Shown here: in pieces, positions 28,798-38,712 of the stretch
Layout of the letters: each line of letters opens with the position of its first letter
How positions within the stretch are numbered: position 1 is the stretch's first letter
Virus record (IMG/VR): IMGVR_UViG_3300027791_000013
Location: 7,516-71,515 of that record
Length of the DNA stretch: 64,000 nt
DNA from: a virus
Direction: 5' to 3' (one strand)
Notes under the pieces: generated by a model
Database searches by the model: none
What the model was told of the DNA's origin: nothing
What the model saw: the letters and a program-made list of their open reading frames with translations, nothing else
Position numbers and translations under genes: made by a program

Positions 28798-29973
28798 ATG
28801 CCTGACTTATACAGCTTTACGTTTGATGAAGATCAAATTTTACCAATACTAACAAGAGGTGGTGCAAATACAATAAACCCCTTTAGTTATACAGGTGATG
28901 GTAGAATATATGGTAAGATTAATAATAACTCTACAGACCCTATCGATGTAGTAACTGACTTTCCTTGGACTAAAAGCCCAGCAACTTCAAGACAAGATGT
29001 ACCGACTGTATATATAAAAGAAAAGCGATTATTAACTAACTCAACCTTGGCTAACTTCTTTTATAGTATATTAGCAGGAGCTGAAGTATTAGAAAGCGGT
29101 GCAGAGCGAATACAAAGCGGTACCATACAGGTAGGTGGCAATTCTCTTAACGTTTTCGATACATTAAGTGCTGCGGGTGTATCATACCCAGGGGTACAAG
29201 AAGCATTAGCTGATAAAGCTGCAAAATTTGGTACTGACGTTGAAAAGTATAAAGAGATGGCTACTGGGTTTCTTGATCAAGGTAATCAAAAAGATAATAT
29301 ATTAAAACCCTATAACGGGTTATATTATACTGAAGATACAGGTTTTAAATATTTTTTACCTTACTTAAGTGACAATTACTTGGATAATAATAATACATTT
29401 TCTGATGATTCACAAAAATTAGCAAGTTTAGAAAATATATCACAAACATTAGCAAAAGGTTTTGATGCAGTAAGAGGAGTTGCTTTTATGGATAAACCTG
29501 GTGTTTATGTTGAACAAAGTAAACAATTTCAGTTTGGCCAAGAAGGTAAAAGTTATGATATAACATTCCCGCTATTGAATACTGGTAATTATGAAGATAT
29601 CAAAAGGAATTGGCAATTAATTTTCGGGTTAATATATCAAAATAAACCAGGTCGTATTAATAGAAACTTACTTGAATTACCAGTTATATATGAATTTTTT
29701 ATAGAAGGTATGGCTTATATGCCATATAGTTATATATCCCGGATTCAAGTAGATTTTATTGGTAATAGGAGAACGATGGGTATCGAAATACCTAGTTTTA
29801 ACGATACCAGTGGTAATGAGTCATTAAATGACCGTACTACTATTAATACTATTATACCAGATGCGTATAACGTTAATATAACTTTTGAAGGTCTTAATAA
29901 AGAAACAAAAAATTTCTTAATACGCAGTTTAGGTAACCCAATAATTAAAGTTAGAGAAAGGGGAGTAGTATAA
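28798..29973 (+). CDS. Baseplate tail-tube cap-like protein (gp48-like)
   Basis: ITFPLLNT, P.IYEF.IEG..YMPYSYIS.I.VDF, IPDAY.V.ITF; upstream of gp53. Confidence 0.45.
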   Translation: MPDLYSFTFDEDQILPILTRGGANTINPFSYTGDGRIYGKINNNSTDPIDVVTDFPWTKSPATSRQDVPTVYIKEKRLLTNSTLANFFYSILAGAEVLESGAERIQSGTIQVGGNSLNVFDTLSAAGVSYPGVQEALADKAAKFGTDVEKYKEMATGFLDQGNQKDNILKPYNGLYYTEDTGFKYFLPYLSDNYLDNNNTFSDDSQKLASLENISQTLAKGFDAVRGVAFMDKPGVYVEQSKQFQFGQEGKSYDITFPLLNTGNYEDIKRNWQLIFGLIYQNKPGRINRNLLELPVIYEFFIEGMAYMPYSYISRIQVDFIGNRRTMGIEIPSFNDTSGNESLNDRTTINTIIPDAYNVNITFEGLNKETKNFLIRSLGNPIIKVRERGVV

Positions 29974-30335
29974 TGGAAGGTAATTATCAAAATAATATAA
30001 TTGATCTAAAAAATTTAGATCTAACAAGATATGAAAATATATTTAAAGTTTACGGTACAGGAGATAAAAACTTTTATTTTTATAATATAAATAAAAAAAT
30101 ATCTATACCAGATGATATGGATGAGAGATTATTCTATCACGTAGTTTTACCTAAAGGCATACCATTAACAACTTTATCTTATAATGCATACGGTACTATC
30201 GATTTATGGTGGTTAATACTAATATTAAATAATATTACTAACCCAGTTAAAAAACTACCAGATGGTCAAAAAATAAGACTCTTAAAACCACAATATATTG
30301 AACAAATACTCGATTCAATCGAAAGTCAGTTATAA
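29973..30335 (+). CDS. Baseplate wedge protein (gp53-like, LysM-like)
   Basis: LSYNAYGTIDLWWLILILNNITNP. Confidence 0.8.
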   Translation: MEGNYQNNIIDLKNLDLTRYENIFKVYGTGDKNFYFYNINKKISIPDDMDERLFYHVVLPKGIPLTTLSYNAYGTIDLWWLILILNNITNPVKKLPDGQKIRLLKPQYIEQILDSIESQL

Positions 30336-31909
30336 TGAGAAGTGATTATATTAGAAATAATTTAAACGGGGCAGAAGCTAAAGCTAATTCATATAAAATT
30401 GATAATCAATTTTACCATATAAGAGCTGTTTTAGTAAATCCGGATGGAGATAGAATAGATTTAACGAAAGGTGCCCTTTATAATATTTCATTAACTGATG
30501 ATTTATTTGATCCGTTTTTAAAAGCAGAAATAACGTTATATAATGATAACCATACGATTGAAAGGACGGTACCTACTTCTGTAAATTATCAAAACGGTTA
30601 TACGTTTAGAGGAGATGGTAGAGATGTTTTATTTTTAGAAATTATACCTTTAAAGAGTACAAAGAAAGATTATAAATTAGAAGAATCAGCGGAATATAAT
30701 ACAGTTTTTTCATTAAGAAATCTATTTACAGTAATTGAAGATACCGATGTTAATATTGATGGTGTATTATATAAGAGATTAAAATTATATGATTTAGATA
30801 AAAGGAAATTATTAGAAAAAAACGTTTATTTTAACTCAATTAATACAATAAATTTCAATGAAAGTAATACATTATCTGGTGTACCACTCTTTAACTTAGA
30901 TAATAATGAAAGAGCTAATAATACAGGTATAATGTTGAGAGAATTATTAAAATTTACATTAAAACAAGGAGATGATGATATTTTTTATATCGATAGGTCT
31001 TCTAGCGGGACAAGAAATATAAATTATATCGATTTTGAAAACGGTGCAACTTCTGTAAATTATAGTAGTAATACATATAAAAAAGCAATAGATGATTTTA
31101 ACTATCTATATGATTTGCATGTTAGTAATTCAGACTCTAAAGATTTTAGTATACTAAAAAAGGATTATTTTACTGGTAAATATACATTAATAAATACAAA
31201 AAGTTTTTTCGATAGAGCTAATAATGGAAATGAAAACGGTCCATTTACAATTGAAAGGATTAATATTTCTGGTGCTGGTAATAATAAAGTAAGTAATCAA
31301 GGAGGTAAAGCAGTTAAAAACACACCTCAATTTAATGAGAAAAGTCAAGCATTAAACGTTAAATTTTTTAATACTAGTTTCGATATATTAAATGAAAAGG
31401 TTAATACTAAAATAGTACATGAATATAATTTTGAAGATAAAACGTTTAATATTCTACAAAAAGATAGTAATATAAATAACTCAAAAGAAAAATTTGATAG
31501 TTATTATGTACAAAATATGAGAGGTGAAAAACAACCTTACCCATCTCAAATTAACACCAATCTTAAAAAATTAAATTTTAACTACGAAAATGTTTATAAT
31601 TTATACGGTGACAACCAAGATATAAGGTTAAGTAAAGGTTTAAATAAACTTCTAAAAAATACTATAATGTCTAACTTAGGGGTTGAAGTTACAATAAAAG
31701 GCCAAATGCAAAGAAAAGCTGGTAAGTTTGTAACTATCGATCGATCTAGTTTAGACCCAAAAAATAAATTTGATGATAGATTTCTCGGTACATATTTTAT
31801 AATTAATATTGAACATACCTTTATAAGAGATGATCTATATATTAATAAGTTGTTTGCAGTTAAAACTTATTATTTTGATGATTTAAAATTTAACGAAGAT
31901 TTAGATTAA
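30335..31909 (+). CDS. Baseplate hub protein (gp27-like)
   Basis: C-terminal IKGQMQRKAGKFVTI...GTYFIINIEHTF; context. Confidence 0.55.
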   Translation: MRSDYIRNNLNGAEAKANSYKIDNQFYHIRAVLVNPDGDRIDLTKGALYNISLTDDLFDPFLKAEITLYNDNHTIERTVPTSVNYQNGYTFRGDGRDVLFLEIIPLKSTKKDYKLEESAEYNTVFSLRNLFTVIEDTDVNIDGVLYKRLKLYDLDKRKLLEKNVYFNSINTINFNESNTLSGVPLFNLDNNERANNTGIMLRELLKFTLKQGDDDIFYIDRSSSGTRNINYIDFENGATSVNYSSNTYKKAIDDFNYLYDLHVSNSDSKDFSILKKDYFTGKYTLINTKSFFDRANNGNENGPFTIERINISGAGNNKVSNQGGKAVKNTPQFNEKSQALNVKFFNTSFDILNEKVNTKIVHEYNFEDKTFNILQKDSNINNSKEKFDSYYVQNMRGEKQPYPSQINTNLKKLNFNYENVYNLYGDNQDIRLSKGLNKLLKNTIMSNLGVEVTIKGQMQRKAGKFVTIDRSSLDPKNKFDDRFLGTYFIINIEHTFIRDDLYINKLFAVKTYYFDDLKFNEDLD

Positions 31910-32784
31910 TGGCTACTAATAAAAAAAATATTTTACCTGAACTATCTGATACCATCATAAATGGTAGTATCGATTTCTATGAAAGCAGTGAAGAATTGTT
32001 AAACATTTTTAAAGATACATCATTAGATGTTGTTAACTTTTTTATTAAATTAGATGAAACAAGAAGTTCAGATAATGCTCTCAAAGAATTAACTCAGAAA
32101 TATATTGATTTAAATAATAAAAAATTATTAGTAAACAATGTCGAATTACCTAATAATTATAAGTTATATTTAAATGAAAAGTTTCAAAATTTATTATATA
32201 TTTTTAAAGTATTTGTATTAAACAATGTAGATGACAAAGAAAAAAGTGTTTTTTCTAATTATTCTGATGATATAGGAATGACTTTAGAAATTAATCACAA
32301 TTTAGGTTTATCGAATACCCCAATATTTGATATTTTTTATAATTTAGAATCCAATGGGTCTCCTATTACGATTCCACCTATAATGTACAATAAAGTAAGT
32401 AAGACAGTATTGAAAAACTTTAAAAAAATGTCTTTAAAAAATGATGCTTTATTAAAAAGAAATATGCGAAATATAGCAGGTTATGGTATTAAAAATATTT
32501 CTAAAACTGCTCATGGCTCTAATTTAGTTTATGATAATTTTATATCTGTAACTAAAAAAGAGATTACTAATGCAAAGACAAGTAAAATAATTCAAGTTTT
32601 TGGTGACAACCTAGGTGATCTGATTACGTTCTATAAAAATTTAAATATACGTCAGCAACCTGATAATAAAGCATATTTAGTTAGTTATGAAAATAATATT
32701 GAAGGTGTTCAAAACGTTTTAGATATCTTCAATAATAATATGTTCTCAACCACTACCATTAATAAGCCATTTTCAGGTTATTGA
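31909..32784 (+). CDS. Hypothetical protein
   Basis: 291-aa ORF, TAATG-coupled. Confidence 0.6.
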   Translation: MATNKKNILPELSDTIINGSIDFYESSEELLNIFKDTSLDVVNFFIKLDETRSSDNALKELTQKYIDLNNKKLLVNNVELPNNYKLYLNEKFQNLLYIFKVFVLNNVDDKEKSVFSNYSDDIGMTLEINHNLGLSNTPIFDIFYNLESNGSPITIPPIMYNKVSKTVLKNFKKMSLKNDALLKRNMRNIAGYGIKNISKTAHGSNLVYDNFISVTKKEITNAKTSKIIQVFGDNLGDLITFYKNLNIRQQPDNKAYLVSYENNIEGVQNVLDIFNNNMFSTTTINKPFSGY

Positions 32785-33239
32785 GTAGTTTCTACATCAG
32801 CATCTATTACCTTAGCATCATCTAATAATTGTTTTAACAATTCTTCTCTGTTTATAGTAAGCCCTACCCTCTCATTACTATGATCTTGTAATTCTTTCTT
32901 ACTTTGTATATCCATTTCCTTTACTTGTATTTTAGCTTCATTTGCTTTATCTTGTAATAGAATTTTGTTTAAACTTTCAATAGCCGAAGCAGACGCTCCA
33001 ATTAGTTTACTTAACGCATCGACATCTTTTGCATCCGGCGCTGAAGTAATAAATTGCTTTACATCCTCAACATAATCAACACTACCTTTAATTAACTTTC
33101 CGGAATACTGCAATAGAAAATCTTCTAAATTTTCTTTATCTAAATTTAATTCTGGCTTGTCAAGTTCCTTTCTTGCGACATTAACTCCTTTTAATTGCGA
33201 AAGTAAGTCATCTACTACAATATCTACATCATCATTCAT
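32778..33239 (-). CDS. Putative terminase small subunit (gp16-like)
   Basis: Helical ~153 aa with DALSKLI...IESLNK..NREELLKQL pattern; TAAATA-N7-ATG at 33239. Confidence 0.45.
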   Translation of the reverse strand: MNDDVDIVVDDLLSQLKGVNVARKELDKPELNLDKENLEDFLLQYSGKLIKGSVDYVEDVKQFITSAPDAKDVDALSKLIGASASAIESLNKILLQDKANEAKIQVKEMDIQSKKELQDHSNERVGLTINREELLKQLLDDAKVIDADVETTQ

Positions 33240-33261
33240 TATCAAATATTTATTATAAAAG

Positions 33262-33289
33262 TTGAATAATTAAACTAATATAATATAAT
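33262..33289 (+). promoter_or_regulatory. Sigma70-like promoter TTGAAT-N16-TATAAT
   Basis: Ends 6 nt before the ATG at 33296. Confidence 0.7.
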
Positions 33290-33295
33290 AGAGAT

Positions 33296-33763
33296 ATGGA
33301 AGAAGAAGTTATAATTAAATTTGTTAAGACGCATCCTGATGCTAAACTACCTACCAAAGCCCATAACGATGATAATTGCTTTGATTTATATTGTGTTGAG
33401 GATACTAATATAAAGCCGAGTAAGTGTAATCCAATTGGAAATGTAGAAATAGCCAGTGGTGTTGTACCGGTAGGTATTAAAGTAGCATATATTACACCAG
33501 GTTATGGGTTTGTTATTAAACCTAAATCGGGTCTTGGTTTTAAACATAACTTACAACCGCATTTAGGTGAAGTGGATAATGGTTATAGAGGGGATTGTGC
33601 AGTAAAGATGTATAATTTTGGTGATAAAAGATATGTATTTGAAAAGGGTGATAAAGTAGCTCAGATTAAAATTGAAAAAGTTTACGATACTACTATTAAG
33701 TGGGCTGATGAAGTAGAAGAAGCCAACCGTGGGGATGCTGGCTTTGGTTCATCTGGTAAATAA
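33296..33763 (+). CDS. dut: dUTPase (trimeric)
   Basis: FDLY, PKSGLG, GEVDNGYRG, GDKVAQ, RGDAGFGSSG. Confidence 0.92.
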   Translation: MEEEVIIKFVKTHPDAKLPTKAHNDDNCFDLYCVEDTNIKPSKCNPIGNVEIASGVVPVGIKVAYITPGYGFVIKPKSGLGFKHNLQPHLGEVDNGYRGDCAVKMYNFGDKRYVFEKGDKVAQIKIEKVYDTTIKWADEVEEANRGDAGFGSSGK

Positions 33764-33786
33764 TAGGAACTATGATATAATAAATT

Positions 33787-33894
33787 ATGGGAAAAGTAAC
33801 AAGACAAAGAATAACTGAAAAAAAAGTCGGTAATACGAAGGTTAGGAAAACAGTAACTGTAACTATAACAAAGCCAACTAAAAGAAAAAAATAA
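33787..33894 (+). CDS. 35-aa highly basic microprotein (not in ORF track)
   Basis: MGKVTRQRITEKKVGNTKVRKTVTVTITKPTKRKK; TATAAT-N5-ATG; stop overlaps the clamp-loader ATG (TAATG). Confidence 0.6.
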   Translation: MGKVTRQRITEKKVGNTKVRKTVTVTITKPTKRKK

Positions 33895-34808
33895 TGTTTA
33901 ATAACTTATATGTAGAAAAGTATAGACCTAAGACGTTATCAGATTTAGTATTATCTAAAAGTAATAGAAAGTATTTTGAATCTATTACTGAAGAGATACC
34001 AAACCTGCTTTTCGTTGGTACTCCTGGATTAGGTAAGACTACATTAGCTAGAATATTAGTAAATGATATATTAGAGTGTCAATACCTTTATATTAATGCC
34101 TCAGATGAAAATGGTATAGATACTATACGCTCTAAGGTAGTTGGCTTTAGTCAGACTAAGTCTCTCGATGGGAAACATAAAGTAGTCATCTTAGATGAGG
34201 CTGATGGTATTACCCTAGACGGGCAACGCGCACTACGTAATACAATGGAAGAATATAGTGGTATGACTCGGTTTATACTAACAGCAAATTATAAGCATAA
34301 AATAATACCTGCTATTCAAAGTAGAACTCAATTCTTCGACCTAATGCCGCCGTTTGATGATGTCGTAAAACGTGTTATTAATATTGTCAAGCAGGAAGGT
34401 ATCAAGATTGAAACTGATCAGAAACCTAATTTTGTCAATGTAATTAAGCAAAGTTACCCTGATATTCGTAAGGTATTGAATAGTATTCAAAAAGCTACTA
34501 TTGGTAATATCTTTACAATTGACCATAGCGTAGATAGTAAAGATATTGTTATTGTTATACATAAGCATGTTACATCTAACGATTCTTTAAAGCTTAGAAA
34601 GTATCTAATCGAGAATGAAAACGAATTTCAGGGTGATTATCATAACTTAATGAAGCAATACTTGAATTATGTTTATACTTCTAGTTTAGATGACAATAAA
34701 AAACGTCAATATATAGTGACTATTTCAGATCACATGTATAAAGACGTATTTGTATTAGATAAAGAGATTAATGCTTTTGCTTGCTGGGTTAATCTTGAAA
34801 AGATTTAA
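33894..34808 (+). CDS. Clamp loader AAA+ subunit (T4 gp44 / RFC-like)
   Basis: VEKYRP, GTPGLGKTT, INASDENGIDTIR, ILDEAD, IQSR. Confidence 0.93.
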   Translation: MFNNLYVEKYRPKTLSDLVLSKSNRKYFESITEEIPNLLFVGTPGLGKTTLARILVNDILECQYLYINASDENGIDTIRSKVVGFSQTKSLDGKHKVVILDEADGITLDGQRALRNTMEEYSGMTRFILTANYKHKIIPAIQSRTQFFDLMPPFDDVVKRVINIVKQEGIKIETDQKPNFVNVIKQSYPDIRKVLNSIQKATIGNIFTIDHSVDSKDIVIVIHKHVTSNDSLKLRKYLIENENEFQGDYHNLMKQYLNYVYTSSLDDNKKRQYIVTISDHMYKDVFVLDKEINAFACWVNLEKI

Positions 34809-35392
34809 CCTTTAATTGGCATATACTGCGAAGTATAATTTTCATTAACTGCAGGAGATGGTGTAACTGGCTGAGAAGGAATCTTAGTATTTACTCTAGG
34901 ATTGGAACGGGCTGACTTCTTAAGACTATCACCTTGTTGTGTCATAGTTTGTTGCTCGTTTTCATCTTCTTCATCAACTTCTTTAGGGTCAATTTGAACC
35001 TTATTATCATACGTATCTGAATCAGGTACTGGGTGTCTATTGATACCTGAATCAATTACTTCAAGCATATCACCAGGAACGGTTATTTTACCTTGATTAT
35101 CATATCTTCCATTTGTTAACTCTCTAGCAACTTCAACATTGAAAGATGTACCTCGATTATCACTGTTACCAGGTCCTGGTGTACCGGTGGTAGTCTTAAT
35201 ATTAACTGCATAGTAGTTTTTATCAGAATCGAAATAACTATCAATGTATTCCTTTACCTGGTCTCTAAGACCTTTATAACTATCTAAACTTTTATATCCA
35301 TTAACTAGTTTAACTACATCTCCGGTTAGAATACCTCCATTAGAATACCTTTCAATAGTATTTTCGATTAACTTTAAGAATTTACGTGCCAT
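34805..35392 (-). CDS. Hypothetical protein
   Basis: 195-aa ORF, MARKFLKLIE N-terminus, TAAATA upstream. Confidence 0.65.
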   Translation of the reverse strand: MARKFLKLIENTIERYSNGGILTGDVVKLVNGYKSLDSYKGLRDQVKEYIDSYFDSDKNYYAVNIKTTTGTPGPGNSDNRGTSFNVEVARELTNGRYDNQGKITVPGDMLEVIDSGINRHPVPDSDTYDNKVQIDPKEVDEEDENEQQTMTQQGDSLKKSARSNPRVNTKIPSQPVTPSPAVNENYTSQYMPIKG

Positions 35393-35485
35393 AATATAAT
35401 TATATTTATGTTAGCTGTAAGTTTTTTCTATCATTTTATAGCGAAACTATATTAGTTTAAAGAAGTATTATGTATAAATATTCAT

Positions 35486-35809
35486 ATGTCATGGTTGTTT
35501 ACAGCAAGTAGTATTATTATTAATCTATCATCAGACGCAAGTTACGGTTCCCCAGATTTTTCTGGTAACAACCCTACTATTAATTTATCATTAAACGCGA
35601 ATTACGATATAAATATACTACTTAATACGTTTAATACCGCTTTAAGAAACGGTATAACTGATCAAAGTGCAGTTATAGGGGTGTATAACAACAACCCAGC
35701 ATCTGGAGTTACTAGTAAAACATTAATGTGGACTCCAAAAATACCTGGTACATATTATTATGTAAATACTAATAACACATCAATTAATGGGCAAATTATA
35801 GTAAGCTAA
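35486..35809 (+). CDS. Hypothetical small beta-rich virion protein
   Basis: WTPKIPGTYYY...GQIIV; TATAAATA-N5-ATG. Confidence 0.6.
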   Translation: MSWLFTASSIIINLSSDASYGSPDFSGNNPTINLSLNANYDINILLNTFNTALRNGITDQSAVIGVYNNNPASGVTSKTLMWTPKIPGTYYYVNTNNTSINGQIIVS

Positions 35810-38709
35810 TGAATTATAAAGAATTAAAAGAAAAATTATCAAAGGTAGATCTACTATCAGCGTATCCGTTTATAAACAATTATGGTATATGTACTAAAAC
35901 TAATAAAGAAACTGGTAAGGATGAGCTAGTAGTAGAATTTGGAGTAAGTGTAAAAATAAAATTTGATGAAATCAACGGTAAATATATGTTACCAAGGAGT
36001 TTATCTGCATACGGTATCGATATAAAAACCAAAATAAGTCAAGTAGAACAAGCTAGCATTAATTTTACTAGTGATAAGGATGAAGCTATAAAATATTATG
36101 AAAAGGTAGGTATAAATTTAGAACAAAGTTATGATTATATGCAATTGCAAACTGTTTATAATAATTATCAGGATGCTTTAGCTGAAAATAGCATGTTATC
36201 TGCAGAGATTAGCTATTCATTTAACCCATTAAGTCAACATGTTGACCCCATTAAAAGAAATAGGCAGAAAGCAAGACCTCTTTCAGGTGGCTGTTCATCA
36301 ATATTTTACGGTAGTGGCAATTCATCCGACGCTACTTTTGGTTTATTTGTTAGAGATAAACAAGATAAAAGAATTGTAGCTTTATCAAATAGCCACGTTT
36401 ATTCAAGAAGTTTACTATTGGGTGAGGAAGCCCTCGCAAGTGGGCAAGCAAATAATATGCTAGTTTTATCAGCTCGACAACCAGGTAATGCTTCATATAA
36501 CACTTATGGTAGTACTGACCCAGCAGTCGACCATATAGGTATTCCAAAAAGAACTAGCCGTCTTTCATTACAAGGTAGTAATAAAATAGATGCATGTATA
36601 CTTGAATTATCTAGTTATAATGATATAGATGCTACTTCTAATAATATTATATGGTTTAAACAACGTGGACCATATGAATTTGCTACTACAGAAGAAATAG
36701 ATTCATTAATAGATCCTGCTTCTATAAACTACCAATCTCCTGTTTTTAGAAGTGGTAGAACCCTTGGACCTTTAGGTTACCCGGGTAGTGATCATGAAAG
36801 CTTCAGTAGTACTAGACCATCGTCAAGTACTTCAATAATTTCTTTAAATGAAACATTAACGACAAATGAAGGGTTTAATACATTAACTAACGGTGTAAGT
36901 TCTGTATATTTTAGTTCGTATGTGTCTATGTCAATACCTACTCAGGCTACTTTAATATATACAACAGCAGATGAAACAAGCGCATTTATTGTTGGTTATA
37001 AAAATTATTATACTGGAAGTAATTCATTATTTTCTACTAGTTATAATGATTATTCGCCTGAATTAACTATAAATGACCCAGCTGGTATTAAAGACATATC
37101 TATTTACCATGCCTACTTTGGAAGTGCATACATTAATAAGTTAGGTAAAATTTATCATAATCGGCAGTTTTTATCCAACATCGTGAGGACCATGTTTAAT
37201 TTGTACATTACACCTATTTCTGACAGGATACCATTTGCAAACCCCAATCCAACTATTTGGTCCCCTGTATCATCAAATAATGGTGATATCTTTGCAAAAC
37301 CCACTAAAAAATCTTGTTTTACTGGTCATGGTAGTTTTGCTTTAACTGAAGATAATGAACTATGGACACTAGGTGCGAATATTTGTGTAACAGCGAATGG
37401 GGATACTTATTATGGCGCACCAAGTGATACCCCATTTACCTCTAAGTCTAGTTTGAGATTTAGTGTTTGTGGCTTACCATATCAAGTAAATGATAGGGAA
37501 GAAATAAGACAATCGATACAAAAATTTACTAAAATTCCAGGGGAATGGATTGATTTTGGTTTTCATTTTTCCAGCTCTTCAGATACGTTTCTTTACGCTA
37601 TTTCAGCAAGCGGAGATTTATTTGCAGCGTATTTTAGCGTTGAGGCATCACAATATTATCATACGAATGACATGAGTCCGATGCTTTTTAATGGTTCTAT
37701 ACAAACCCCTCCACAATTAATTATATCGAGTGATAGTTGGTCACTTTCATGCTCACCGGACCTATCACACACTAAAATACCATTAATAGTAGATGGTGAA
37801 AATATTAAAATTAAAAAAATATTTACCAATACTAGTAGTGATGGTGACTTAGGTTCTTCGGCGAAGGAACCATTACTCTTTCAAACTGAAGACGATAAAA
37901 TATTAGTTTTTTCAAAACCGACTACTAGCAGTTCTACTTATGCAACTGGGTATTTAAAATATGATGGTGATGATATTGTAGTAACTGGAAAGACTGAAAC
38001 TATTCATGGTCGTGGAACGTCGAACCAAACTATGACTATATTATCAGGTAATAACATATATAGTATTGGAGGGTCTAGTAGCACGCTGGCCGCGGCAGTG
38101 GACGAAGGGACTTGGATCAGTACACTGGGGGACGGTAAAGATTATGATATACAAACTTTATTACCATATACTAACTATTTTGATTTAAAAAAATGGGATA
38201 ATATGCCACCTAATAACTGTAAAAATGCATGTGGTTCGATAGGGTACCTGGCATCGCTCCGAGGCAGCAATGCGAATAGTTCAAATTTCGAAGGTGATTA
38301 CGGTGCAACGATAATTTATACAGATGGTATTGGTCTATCTGGTATTGGTTATGGGCCAAGTGGTATTTTAGGTTTATATGATACCCCACAACGTGATGAG
38401 ATTATTATGTCATCAGTTAATCGCTCTATTAACGTTAGCGGGTTTACAGCTAGCGGTGGGGCATTACTGGTTGCCGAATGTTTAGATTTTAAAATGAAAC
38501 ATGAAAATGGAGCGGCCGCGGCTGGCGGTGATTCAGGTACAGCTGTATTTGCTTGTTTAAGTTCAACAATACCGACTCTAAGCACATTTAAACTTGTTGG
38601 TTTATTATTTGCAAGCCCGGCATCTACTTACCTATCACCTGGATATGGTGTAAGAATTGATAATATTCAAAATGAATTGGATATAGAACCGTGGGATGGA
38701 ATTATTTAA
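35809..38709 (+). CDS. Trypsin-like serine protease with large inserted propeller-like domain
   Basis: LSNSHV (His), IDAC (Asp), VFRSGRT, GGDSG (Ser), LVGLLFA; insert has RCC1-like FALTEDNELWTLG and YAISASGDLF. Confidence 0.7.
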   Translation: MNYKELKEKLSKVDLLSAYPFINNYGICTKTNKETGKDELVVEFGVSVKIKFDEINGKYMLPRSLSAYGIDIKTKISQVEQASINFTSDKDEAIKYYEKVGINLEQSYDYMQLQTVYNNYQDALAENSMLSAEISYSFNPLSQHVDPIKRNRQKARPLSGGCSSIFYGSGNSSDATFGLFVRDKQDKRIVALSNSHVYSRSLLLGEEALASGQANNMLVLSARQPGNASYNTYGSTDPAVDHIGIPKRTSRLSLQGSNKIDACILELSSYNDIDATSNNIIWFKQRGPYEFATTEEIDSLIDPASINYQSPVFRSGRTLGPLGYPGSDHESFSSTRPSSSTSIISLNETLTTNEGFNTLTNGVSSVYFSSYVSMSIPTQATLIYTTADETSAFIVGYKNYYTGSNSLFSTSYNDYSPELTINDPAGIKDISIYHAYFGSAYINKLGKIYHNRQFLSNIVRTMFNLYITPISDRIPFANPNPTIWSPVSSNNGDIFAKPTKKSCFTGHGSFALTEDNELWTLGANICVTANGDTYYGAPSDTPFTSKSSLRFSVCGLPYQVNDREEIRQSIQKFTKIPGEWIDFGFHFSSSSDTFLYAISASGDLFAAYFSVEASQYYHTNDMSPMLFNGSIQTPPQLIISSDSWSLSCSPDLSHTKIPLIVDGENIKIKKIFTNTSSDGDLGSSAKEPLLFQTEDDKILVFSKPTTSSSTYATGYLKYDGDDIVVTGKTETIHGRGTSNQTMTILSGNNIYSIGGSSSTLAAAVDEGTWISTLGDGKDYDIQTLLPYTNYFDLKKWDNMPPNNCKNACGSIGYLASLRGSNANSSNFEGDYGATIIYTDGIGLSGIGYGPSGILGLYDTPQRDEIIMSSVNRSINVSGFTASGGALLVAECLDFKMKHENGAAAAGGDSGTAVFACLSSTIPTLSTFKLVGLLFASPASTYLSPGYGVRIDNIQNELDIEPWDGII

Positions 38710-38712
38710 AAA

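Noticed and set aside
36790-38400. Intein as explanation for the protease insertion
   Set aside because: No N-terminal Cys/Ser block, C-terminal His-Asn or LAGLIDADG motif seen
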